Assembly (NCBI GenBank): GCA_017457385.1
Contig: JAFTHO010000130.1
Coordinates: forward strand, 1-58,608
Origin: Clostridia bacterium
Lineage (GTDB): Bacteria > Bacillota > Clostridia > Christensenellales > CAG-314
DNA length: 58,608 nucleotides
Direction: 5' to 3'
Each line of letters opens with the position of its first letter. Position 1 is the stretch's first letter. The notes under the pieces were generated by a model. That model saw only the letters and a list, made by a program, of their open reading frames with translations. It did no database searches and was not told where the DNA came from. The translations under genes were made by a program, and so were the position numbers. Shown here one piece after another: positions 19,776-27,125 of this stretch.

Positions 19776-20394
19776 CAGGCAACTCCTTTTTGAGGTTTTG
19801 CACCATATTGTCTATTTCGTCATTTTTAAATTTGTATTTTGCCTTGTTGACAATGAGTCTTGCGCTTATTGGCAAAATTGTCTCTATCACGCCAAGATCG
19901 TTTTCTTTCAGCGTAGTGCCTGTTTCGACAATATCCACAATAACGTCACTCATGCCAAGTATTGGCGCAAGCTCGATAGAGCCAGACAGTTTGATGATGT
20001 CGATATCTCTGTTTTTGCCTGCATAAAACTCTTTTGCAATGTTGACAAATTTTGTTGCAACCACAAGTGGTTTTGAAAGGTCGTCACGATAGCCGTTTTT
20101 TGCCGCAACTGCCATGCGACATTTGCCGATTTTGAGGTCGAGCATTTCGTATACGTCTGCGTCATACTCAAGCAAAATGTCTTTGCCTGCAACACCAACG
20201 TCTGCCGCACCACGCTGTACATAAATTGGCACGTCACTTGGCTTTACCCAAAAATACTGCACGCCGTTTTTTTCGTCTGTAAAAATGAGTTTTCTGCTGT
20301 CTTTGTCAAACTCGTCGCAGGCATATCCTGCTTTTTCAAGCATTTTGTATACTTTTTCGCCAAGTCGTCCTTTTGGCAAAGCAATGTTTATCAT
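19768..20394 (-). CDS. hisG: ATP phosphoribosyltransferase, short form
   Basis: The 208-aa short HisG (ALPKGRL...) is paired with hisZ. Confidence 0.9.
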   Translation of the reverse strand: MINIALPKGRLGEKVYKMLEKAGYACDEFDKDSRKLIFTDEKNGVQYFWVKPSDVPIYVQRGAADVGVAGKDILLEYDADVYEMLDLKIGKCRMAVAAKNGYRDDLSKPLVVATKFVNIAKEFYAGKNRDIDIIKLSGSIELAPILGMSDVIVDIVETGTTLKENDLGVIETILPISARLIVNKAKYKFKNDEIDNMVQNLKKELPDD

Positions 20395-20402
20395 AAATCA
20401 CC

Positions 20403-21479
20403 TCACAACTCGACAACCTGTGCAAACTTTTTGTCTGCAGGGGCTGTTTTTGCAACAAGCACTTTTTTACCCAAATCAGTTTGTTGCTGTGCATATTCGA
20501 GCACTTTTGCATAGTCGCTGTTTTGGCTGTAAAGCACCAGAACGTCAGTTTCGTCACCATACTGAGTTTGTTTGTACATTGCAAGCTCGTTGAGATAAAT
20601 TGCAAAGCCAAGTGCCTTTACGTCTGCAAATTTGCCTGCAAGTTTGTCATATCTTCCACCAGAAAGCACAAGGCTTGGTGACTTGCTGACGTAACCCACA
20701 AACACAATGCCGTTGTAATAGTCTGTGTCGTTGATGATAGAAAAATCGAGACGAACTTTGTCGCCATAACCCATTGTGCCAAAACTGTCGCAAACAATCT
20801 GCAATTCGTCCACAGCCTGTTTTGACACCTCGTTTGTAGCAACCTGTTTTGCAATGGCAAGCACCTCGCAAAAACTTCCTTTTGCACTCAAAAGCAAAGA
20901 TACCTTGTCGGCAAAAGCAGGGTCTATGCCCTTTTGCTGACAATAAGTTTTTAGGTCGTGCACGTTTTTTGAAGACACGTATGCCAAAACTTCGTCACCA
21001 TTGACAATGCCATATTCTTCCATAAGGCCAAGCACCACGCCAAGATGAGATACGTCCAAAACAAAGTTTTTGTCAATTGCACCAAGGCTTTTGCCTGCAA
21101 GTGACAAAACCTCCAAAATGCCATAGCCGTCCACGTCGCCAATGAGTTCCAGCCCAACCTGGCTGATTTCCTTAAACTCTTTTGTTGCACCCTGCGGACG
21201 ATACACACTCTCTTTATAATAGAGTTTTTCGCTTTGAAGGTTTGTCGCTTTGGTGTTTTTGACAATAGACAAAGTGACGTCTGGTTTTAGTGCCATGAGT
21301 TTGCCGTTAAGGTCGGTAAAAGTGATGACGTAAGGACTGCGCAAAAACTTTTTGTTTTCGAGATATACGCCGTATTCTTCAAACTTGCTCATTTTAAATT
21401 GTTTGTAACCAAAACCTTCATAAAGATTTTTGAGGTCAAAAAACAATCTTTCTTCGTCAAAAAAATCAGTCTTTTTCAT
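20403..21479 (-). CDS. hisZ: ATP phosphoribosyltransferase regulatory subunit (HisRS paralogue)
   Basis: HisRS-like class-II core without an anticodon-binding domain, located immediately upstream of short hisG. Confidence 0.8.
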   Translation of the reverse strand: MKKTDFFDEERLFFDLKNLYEGFGYKQFKMSKFEEYGVYLENKKFLRSPYVITFTDLNGKLMALKPDVTLSIVKNTKATNLQSEKLYYKESVYRPQGATKEFKEISQVGLELIGDVDGYGILEVLSLAGKSLGAIDKNFVLDVSHLGVVLGLMEEYGIVNGDEVLAYVSSKNVHDLKTYCQQKGIDPAFADKVSLLLSAKGSFCEVLAIAKQVATNEVSKQAVDELQIVCDSFGTMGYGDKVRLDFSIINDTDYYNGIVFVGYVSKSPSLVLSGGRYDKLAGKFADVKALGFAIYLNELAMYKQTQYGDETDVLVLYSQNSDYAKVLEYAQQQTDLGKKVLVAKTAPADKKFAQVVEL

Positions 21480-21771
21480 TGTCTGCCTCCACCATTTTGC
21501 CTACTATTTCTGCATAGCCACCACTGCCATATTTGATGCAACGTGACACCCTGCTGAGTGTTGCAGACGAAATGTCTGTGATTTCTATAATCTGCGAATA
21601 GGTATATCCTTTGAGCAAAAGTTTTGCACACAAAAGTCGCTGTGCCATTTGCTCAACTTCGCTAGGAGTGCAAAGGTCCTGGAGCAACGCCTCAAAATCT
21701 TTTGCAGAGTCTATTTTTGCAAGACATTGATACAATTCGTGATTGATTTTTTGTTTGTCAAATTTTTCCAT
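21466..21771 (-). CDS. TrpR-like YerC/YecD family protein
   Basis: CTPSEVEQMAQRL...GYTYSQIIEITDISSATLSRVSRCIKYGSGGY matches the YerC/YecD pattern. It is the first gene of the array and overlaps hisZ. Confidence 0.8.
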   Translation of the reverse strand: MEKFDKQKINHELYQCLAKIDSAKDFEALLQDLCTPSEVEQMAQRLLCAKLLLKGYTYSQIIEITDISSATLSRVSRCIKYGSGGYAEIVGKMVEADNEKD

Positions 21772-21825
21772 TTTAAACCCACCAGATTGTGATATTGAAG
21801 ATATTTTACACCCTCACTTTAGTTT

Positions 21826-21962
21826 TGTAAAGCACTTTCACGAATTAAAGTGTGAAAGCAAGACAAAAAATTTCATTTTTGTCTTACGCTACGAGTAAAA
21901 CGTATGTAAACTGGTACATAGTAAGAGCCACTTTGTAAACCCAAACAAGTTCGAGTTAAAGT
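21826..21962. promoter_or_regulatory. Repeated CACTTTA(A/G)(T/C)T motif set in the leader of the yerC-his array
   Basis: CGAATTAAAGTG at 21841-21852 and CGAGTTAAAGTG at 21951-21962, with the inverted CACTTTAGTT at 21826-21835. Hairpins CTTTCAC/GTGAAAG and AGACAAAAA/TTTTTGTCT are also present. Confidence 0.35.
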
Positions 21963-21993
21963 GAATAAATTGTTTTTCTTTTTATTATAAAAA

Positions 21994-22018
21994 ACAAAAA
22001 AGACGGCATTTGCCGTCT
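21994..22018 (-). terminator. Terminator of the RAYT gene
   Basis: AGACGGCA/TGCCGTCT hairpin followed by a T run on the minus strand. Confidence 0.75.
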
Positions 22019-22548
22019 TAGTCTTCAAAAAACAACTCATCATCACGCCATTTTAATGGATTGGTGTCGATGTATTGCCAAATATTATCATAGTCTTCCT
22101 GATTGCGTATCACATGGTCATAAAAAGATTTTTGAAAAATTTCGCAACCTGCCATTTTTGTTGCAACACCCTTTGTTTGATGCACTACGTTAGATATCGT
22201 AGGGGCGACCATTGGTCGCCCGTTGTCGTCAGAATGAATTTGCAAAATCATATGCAAATGATTTGGCATAACAACGTGTTTATCCACCGTTATCATTGGG
22301 TAATGAGTCGGGATATCCAAAATAACCTTTTCTACAATTTGCCCAACTCGTGTCAACACTTGTTTTTGCGGGCGACTAATGGTCGCCCCTACGGGCTCAT
22401 CAACATTGTTTTTGTTACACGATAAGTTTCCCCAAAACAAATTTTTTCTTTCTTTTGCGCATATGGTTATAAAATATGCACCACTGTTATCATAACTGAA
22501 CTCTTTTAATCTGTTTTGTTTTCTTGTTGGTTTTTGCTGGTCTTTCAT
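22018..22548 (-). CDS. REP-associated tyrosine transposase (RAYT; IS200/IS605 Y1 HUH family)
   Basis: HUH motif PNHLHMILQI and catalytic-Tyr region SFYDHVIRNQEDYDNIWQYIDTNPLKW. It is a solitary gene with its own terminator. Confidence 0.8.
   Translation of the reverse strand: MKDQQKPTRKQNRLKEFSYDNSGAYFITICAKERKNLFWGNLSCNKNNVDEPVGATISRPQKQVLTRVGQIVEKVILDIPTHYPMITVDKHVVMPNHLHMILQIHSDDNGRPMVAPTISNVVHQTKGVATKMAGCEIFQKSFYDHVIRNQEDYDNIWQYIDTNPLKWRDDELFFED
22203..22221. repeat. REP-type hairpin inside the RAYT ORF (encodes GRPMVAP)
   Basis: GGGCGACC-ATT-GGTCGCCC. Confidence 0.75.
22365..22393. repeat. REP-type hairpin with flanks inside the RAYT ORF (encodes GATISRP)
   Basis: TTTTGCGGGCGACTAATGGTCGCCCCTAC differs from 3251-3279 at one base. 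Confidence 0.75.
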
Positions 22549-22585
22549 AAATAAATTTTACTACAATCTTGAGCTTGTTTCAATA

Positions 22586-22618
22586 CAAAAAAAGACGGCA
22601 GATGCCGTCTTTTTTTTG
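22586..22618. terminator. Bidirectional terminator AGACGGCA/TGCCGTCT
   Basis: Hairpin flanked by an A run and a T run. Confidence 0.75.
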
Positions 22619-22639
22619 TTTGTTGTTATCACATTGTTA

Positions 22640-23632
22640 TCAAAGTTTTATGCTCCAGACGTCTTTGGCACGCAAAAGTTTGCCAAAGATATATTTGTTG
22701 CTTGCAGATTCGTTCATGACGTAAAGTCTGCCGTCGAGATATACCATTTCTTCTGCCATAGGTGGTGCAGAAATTGTATCCACAAGGCAACCGCTGTCAA
22801 GATAACTTATGCCAATTTGTTGTCCTTCAACAGTGATTTTGTCGTCGCTGAGTTGTGGCATATTGTATACGTAAAGTTTTGACGTTGCAATACCATAACT
22901 GCTCGAAAGCACAACCTTGTTTTCTGTTATCACCATACCCTGGATTTTGTCTGGTATGCTGACTGCGCCAATTGGCTTGTCACTTGCAATGTTGCCGTTT
23001 GTGTCAAGAGGATATGCAAAAACAACTGCATGATGCTCGTCACCCTCTGGAGTTGTCATATGGTGTGTTTCGTCAGTTTGGTATTTGCCATCCATATAAA
23101 ACTCGCCAACGTACAAAACAGCACCGTCAACATGGCAGAAAGATGCCCCGCAAGCCACAGGCACGTTTTGTTGTGCAACAACGTCGCCACCTTCGTTTGC
23201 AGACAAAATATCTGTGAGCGAATAGACAAGGATTGAAGATGGGTCACCTTCGCTGTTGCACACGTATACCTTGTCTTTAAACACAGAAATGCCACCTGCG
23301 TGGTTTGTTGTATATTTGCCCTTTTCGTCTTTGAGTTGAACGTAGGTTTGCTCACGGTCATAGCCAGTGCCATCAATGATATAAATTCTGCTTGGTTTTT
23401 TGCCTTTCATATATCCACTGGCAAGCAAAGTGTCGTTGTCGACAGAGCAAAAGCCCTGTTGAATAAAATCGTCACCTGCGCCAGGCGTTGCAAACTCTTT
23501 TTGACTGTCACGACTGTAAAAATCGTTGTAAACAAGTGGCTCGGCAAGCATAAAACCAATCACGCCAACTATTGCCACCACCACAATGATTGCAAGTGTT
23601 TTTATTGCAATTTTGATGAGTTTTTTTATCAT
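22640..23632 (-). CDS. Membrane-anchored hypothetical protein (330 aa)
   Basis: N-terminal TM helix (IAIKTLAIIVVVAIVGVIGFML) followed by a beta-rich extracytoplasmic domain. No motif I can name. Confidence 0.6.
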   Translation of the reverse strand: MIKKLIKIAIKTLAIIVVVAIVGVIGFMLAEPLVYNDFYSRDSQKEFATPGAGDDFIQQGFCSVDNDTLLASGYMKGKKPSRIYIIDGTGYDREQTYVQLKDEKGKYTTNHAGGISVFKDKVYVCNSEGDPSSILVYSLTDILSANEGGDVVAQQNVPVACGASFCHVDGAVLYVGEFYMDGKYQTDETHHMTTPEGDEHHAVVFAYPLDTNGNIASDKPIGAVSIPDKIQGMVITENKVVLSSSYGIATSKLYVYNMPQLSDDKITVEGQQIGISYLDSGCLVDTISAPPMAEEMVYLDGRLYVMNESASNKYIFGKLLRAKDVWSIKL

Positions 23633-23664
23633 AACATTTCCTTTTTTTCAATCAAGTTACATTG

Positions 23665-24696
23665 TCAGCAGTTTTCTGCAATGTCAAAAATGAGTTTTTC
23701 GGTGTCCTGCCATCCAAGGCATGGGTCTGTGATAGATTTGCCATATATGCCCTCGTGGCTGATGGCCTGACTGCCCTCTACGATATAACTTTCTATCATC
23801 ATGCCCTTTACAAGTTTTTTGATGTCGCCGTTGTGTTTGCGACTGTTGAGAACTTCTTTGGCAATGCGTATTTGCTCTTTGTATTGTTTGCCACTGTTTG
23901 AGTGGTTTGTGTCTATCACGGCGGCAGGATTTTTAAGGTCCATTTTGTCATAAAGTTCAAGCAGACGCATCATATCTTCATAGTGATAGTTTGGTATGTT
24001 GTTGCCATGCTTATTTACACCGCCACGCAAAATTGCATGTGCAAGGTCATTGCCACTTGTTGTCACGTCCTGACTGCGATAAATAAAGTTGTGACCGTGC
24101 TGTGCAGCGTATATCGAGTTGAGCATAACGGACAAGTGACCGCTCGTTGGGTTTTTCATGCCAACGGGGATGTCCATTCCGCTTGCAGTAAGACGATGTT
24201 GCTGGTTTTCTACAGACCTTGCGCCAATCGCCTCATAACTGAGCAAATCGTCAAGATAACTTCTGTTTTCGGGATAGAGCATTTCGTCCGCAGAGCTCAA
24301 ACCGCTTTCGCTCATTGCCCTGAGGTGTATTTTGCGTATTGCCACAATGCCTTCTGCAAGATTTGGCGCTTTGTCCGGCACAGGCTGGTGCAACATACCC
24401 TTATATCCTTCGCCCGTTGTGCGTGGTTTGTTTGTGTATATGCGTGGGATTATCATGAGTTTATCTTTGACAAATTCGTTCACTTTGGCAAGACGACTGA
24501 TATAATCGCACACAGCGTCTTCGTTGTCGGCAGAACATGGGCCAATAACAAGCACAAACCTGTCGTCTTTGCCCTCAAAAATATCCCTTATTTGTTTGTC
24601 GCGAGTTGCTTTTGCCAACGCCAGCTCTTTTGACAGAGGAAACTGACTTTTTATTTCATCAGGGCTTGGCAAAACGCCGTTTATCTTCATTGACAT
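23665..24696 (-). CDS. aroG: 3-deoxy-7-phosphoheptulonate (DAHP) synthase, class I
   Basis: VIGPCSADNEDA, IPRIYTNKPRTT and GMKNPTSG motifs. Confidence 0.85.
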   Translation of the reverse strand: MSMKINGVLPSPDEIKSQFPLSKELALAKATRDKQIRDIFEGKDDRFVLVIGPCSADNEDAVCDYISRLAKVNEFVKDKLMIIPRIYTNKPRTTGEGYKGMLHQPVPDKAPNLAEGIVAIRKIHLRAMSESGLSSADEMLYPENRSYLDDLLSYEAIGARSVENQQHRLTASGMDIPVGMKNPTSGHLSVMLNSIYAAQHGHNFIYRSQDVTTSGNDLAHAILRGGVNKHGNNIPNYHYEDMMRLLELYDKMDLKNPAAVIDTNHSNSGKQYKEQIRIAKEVLNSRKHNGDIKKLVKGMMIESYIVEGSQAISHEGIYGKSITDPCLGWQDTEKLIFDIAENC

Positions 24697-24731
24697 ACGT
24701 CACCTCGAAAAAACAGATTTTTGTTTTTCAA

Positions 24732-24760
24732 ATTATATATTTTTTGCCCTGCCTTGTCAA
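24732..24760 (-). promoter_or_regulatory. Consensus sigma-70-type promoter for the DAHP synthase gene
   Basis: On the minus strand: TTGACA (24760-24755), a 17-nt spacer, then TATAAT (24737-24732). Confidence 0.7.
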
Positions 24761-24806
24761 CGGCAAGGCAAACAAAAAAGCCTGTTTCGTAATGAAACAG
24801 GCAATT

Positions 24807-24842
24807 TGGTGCGGGAAAGAGATTCGTAAGGAGCAAAGCGAC
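24807..24842 (-). repeat. Degenerate tRNA-Arg 3'-end (att) scar, copy A
   Basis: TGGTGCGGGAAAGAGATTCGTAAGGAGCAAAGCGAC compared with the intact TGGCGCGCCGTAAGAGATTCGAACTCC. Confidence 0.7.
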
Positions 24843-25040
24843 GGAATACTCGAATTAGCGTTGTTTTCATACAAGCACTTGCCAAGTTTTGTTTACACGG
24901 TCTTTACTCGTGAACGCCTGCCTGACGGCAGGGCTTATGCGATTGCTACCATAAGGTCAATCGCGTCACTCCTGTGCCTTGCCAACACCAAGACCAAAAG
25001 GCAAAAGAAAAAACCCAAGTTTTCACTTGGGTTTATTTCT

Positions 25041-25076
25041 TGGCGCGGGAAAGAGATTCGTAAGGAGCAAAGCGAC
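25041..25076 (-). repeat. Degenerate tRNA-Arg 3'-end (att) scar, copy B
   Basis: TGGCGCGGGAAAGAGATTCGTAAGGAGCAAAGCGAC. Like copy C, it is preceded by a terminator-like hairpin. Confidence 0.7.
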
Positions 25077-25174
25077 AGAACAGCGAGAACGAAGTGGAGC
25101 GTCACTCCTGTGCCTTGCCCACGACAAAACCAAAAGGCAAAAGAAAAAGCACAGTTTTCACTGTGCTTTATTCT

Positions 25175-25219
25175 TGGCGCGCCGTAAGAGATTCGAACTC
25201 CTGGCCTTTTGGTCCGTAG
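25175..25219 (-). repeat. attL: exact 45-bp copy of the tRNA-Arg 3' half
   Basis: Identical to 37685-37729, which runs from the anticodon loop to CCA. Confidence 0.95.
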
Positions 25220-25281
25220 AACTAAAGCCAGGGCGAAAAAACCACTAAAAACGGGTTTTTTTGATAAAAAATAAGGGTTTT

Positions 25282-25309
25282 AACAAAAAAATGCAATAGC
25301 ATACCCCAA
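25282..25309 (+). repeat. 28-bp direct repeat (left arm copy) shared with the int 3' end
   Basis: AACAAAAAAATGCAATAGCATACCCCAA is identical to 37548-37575. Confidence 0.9.
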
Positions 25310-25334
25310 ATATACCCACATATGCCTTGACTGT

Positions 25335-25365
25335 AAAAAATTAAAAGACCGGTTTTATCCGGTCT
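25335..25365 (-). terminator. Terminator at the left end of the element operon
   Basis: AGACCGG/CCGGTCT hairpin followed by a T-rich tract on the minus strand. Confidence 0.7.
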
Positions 25366-25608
25366 TTAATATTTATTAAACCATGTATATATTGTTTGAT
25401 TTTGCTCTTGCCAAAATTTTTCTCTTTCTGGTGTGACTTCATTAAAATCAATACGTTGTATCTGTTCCATTGAACGATATAACATTTCTCCCATTACATG
25501 AAAGGGGTCAGTTGTTTTACATTTATAAACATAAAGTTCATAATCATTAGTAAAAATACTATATTTTCTTACATAAAAAAAATAAGATTTAATCACAATA
25601 CACCTCAA
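25366..25608 (-). CDS. Hypothetical protein (about 76-80 aa), last gene of the element operon
   Basis: ORF directly downstream of rep. GAGGTG precedes an in-frame GTG at 25596, so the start is uncertain. Confidence 0.4.
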   Translation of the reverse strand: MRCIVIKSYFFYVRKYSIFTNDYELYVYKCKTTDPFHVMGEMLYRSMEQIQRIDFNEVTPEREKFWQEQNQTIYTWFNKY

Positions 25609-25651
25609 TAAATTGAAAAAGATAAATACTCAAGTTTATTATTATAAATAC

Positions 25652-26725
25652 TTATCTCCAAACATCCCCATATATTTCAAATTGTTCTTGTATGTATTCA
25701 GTTTCAATTTTTTCAACAAGGCCGTTAAGTTCACGCAGACGTTCAATTTTCTTTGCATCAGTTTCTTCCGGTTGTTGTTTTGAATAATCAACAATATATT
25801 CATCGCGCCAAACTTCTTTATAAAGTTTATCAAGTGTGCCTTCAGTACAACCACAGACTTGACAAACAAATTGCTTAATTTGGTCGTCAGTCATACTGTC
25901 AAGTTCTTGCTCAACTTCACGTGGTATTTTATAAAGAACGCCCCAGGTTGAAAGTTGTCGAGTTCCTTTAAGTCCAAAATACATTTGCTCCAGGTGTTCG
26001 GTTGTGTCATTAACGTAGTCAAACTTCGTCATATACTTTACAACTTCCATAATAGACTTTAACAACCTTTCTTCATAAGGCTTTTTTCTGTCACGTCTTT
26101 TGTTATATACCCCAAACGCTTCAAGATAAACAATACCTTCTTGCTCATCAGTTCCGTATTTACCACCACCAGCATATTCAACTGACTTCGCCCATGCAGG
26201 CGCAAGAAAATCATAATCATCTTTTGTATACTCACGCTTTAAAACCATTGTATGTAAGTGAGGATGCCATTTACCAGAATTTTCGCCAATCTTTACTTCT
26301 AAAGATTTCACGCCACCGGCATAACGTTTTTTAAATTCTTTGCGTGTTTGTTTATGGTCGTGTGTCATATAACGCCAGGCATCTTGCAGCACTTCCAAAC
26401 CTTGTGTCAATTTTTCCCTGTCACGTATTGTATAATTCACAAACACGATATAATTGCCACTATCAACCCAAGATTTAAGATATGGATAGAGTTTTGCCAA
26501 CCAAAGCATTGACTTTGCTTTGTTGCATATCGCACAATAACGGCTTTTACAACGGCTAAAACCCTTAAAGTGTTGTGTTCCACAATGATCGCATTTTATA
26601 GTGTTTATAAACTCACCACAACTTTGTATTTTCCATGCTTCAGCAGTTAGTCCTGCTTTTTCAAAAGTAGGAGCAATCAACTTGTTATTTATCTGATGAA
26701 GCGATTTAAATTTTTTATACTTCAT
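25652..26725 (-). CDS. rep: Rolling-circle replication initiator, pC194/pUB110-type (Rep_1-like HUH)
   Basis: Zinc-ribbon-like CDHCG..C..RYCAIC, HUH motif WHPHLHTMVL and Tyr motif MEVVKYMTKFDY. AGGAG lies upstream. Confidence 0.8.
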   Translation of the reverse strand: MKYKKFKSLHQINNKLIAPTFEKAGLTAEAWKIQSCGEFINTIKCDHCGTQHFKGFSRCKSRYCAICNKAKSMLWLAKLYPYLKSWVDSGNYIVFVNYTIRDREKLTQGLEVLQDAWRYMTHDHKQTRKEFKKRYAGGVKSLEVKIGENSGKWHPHLHTMVLKREYTKDDYDFLAPAWAKSVEYAGGGKYGTDEQEGIVYLEAFGVYNKRRDRKKPYEERLLKSIMEVVKYMTKFDYVNDTTEHLEQMYFGLKGTRQLSTWGVLYKIPREVEQELDSMTDDQIKQFVCQVCGCTEGTLDKLYKEVWRDEYIVDYSKQQPEETDAKKIERLRELNGLVEKIETEYIQEQFEIYGDVWR

Positions 26726-26862
26726 AAGCTTTTTGCTCCTTTTTTCTTTTTGTTTTTTTTTGAGTGTTTTTACCCCTTCGGGCAGCTATCGCTCAACCAA
26801 GTTTTGAGCTGGAAGTGACCCCACTTGTTTCTATATATTATAAATAAAAAACAATAGCACTT

Positions 26863-27006
26863 ATCCACAATTTGTAGTGTAGTTTACACGGTAGAAAATC
26901 AACGCTTTTGTGGCTATCAGCAGTTGCTTATTCGCCACAAAAGCTGTTTCGTTTCTATTACCAACTACCAAAAAAGCACATCCAAGCAAAGAAAGTAATT
27001 GTGGAT
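26863..27006. promoter_or_regulatory. Nested inverted repeats upstream of rep (candidate double-strand origin / control region)
   Basis: Outer inverted repeat ATCCACAATT (26863-26872) / AATTGTGGAT (26997-27006), which includes a perfect TTATCCACA at 26861-26869. Inner 11-bp inverted repeat GCTTTTGTGGC (26904-26914) / GCCACAAAAGC (26934-26944) with a 19-nt loop. Confidence 0.4.
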
Positions 27007-27077
27007 GCAGAGCTTGAAACAACGTCACGAGAGTTCTTTATGTATACCAGGGGCGTTGCTTTGCCCTGCTAAGCCTT

Positions 27078-27102
27078 CACCTGGCTATGCCAGGTGAAGA
27101 CT
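27078..27102. other. Strong hairpin CTTCACCTGGC/GCCAGGTGAAG just downstream of the NTPase gene
   Basis: 11-bp stem with a 3-nt loop and no T tract. Confidence 0.5.
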
Positions 27103-27125
27103 TGACGCAACGGATAAGGTTAAAA

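Noticed and set aside
21772-22017. T-box or His-leader-peptide attenuator in front of the his genes
   Set aside because: There is no T-box core sequence and no run of His codons in any short leader ORF. The GGTGGG near 21780 is the yerC Shine-Dalgarno.
24606-25248. Plus-strand ORFs of 193 and 89 aa with internally repeated peptide (RGKEIRKEQSD...)
   Set aside because: They read across the tandem att-scar repeats and terminator hairpins. The repetition is at the DNA level and no RBS is present.
25642-25869. 75-aa ORF overlapping the 3' end of rep
   Set aside because: It is an alternative frame inside the well-supported Rep gene.
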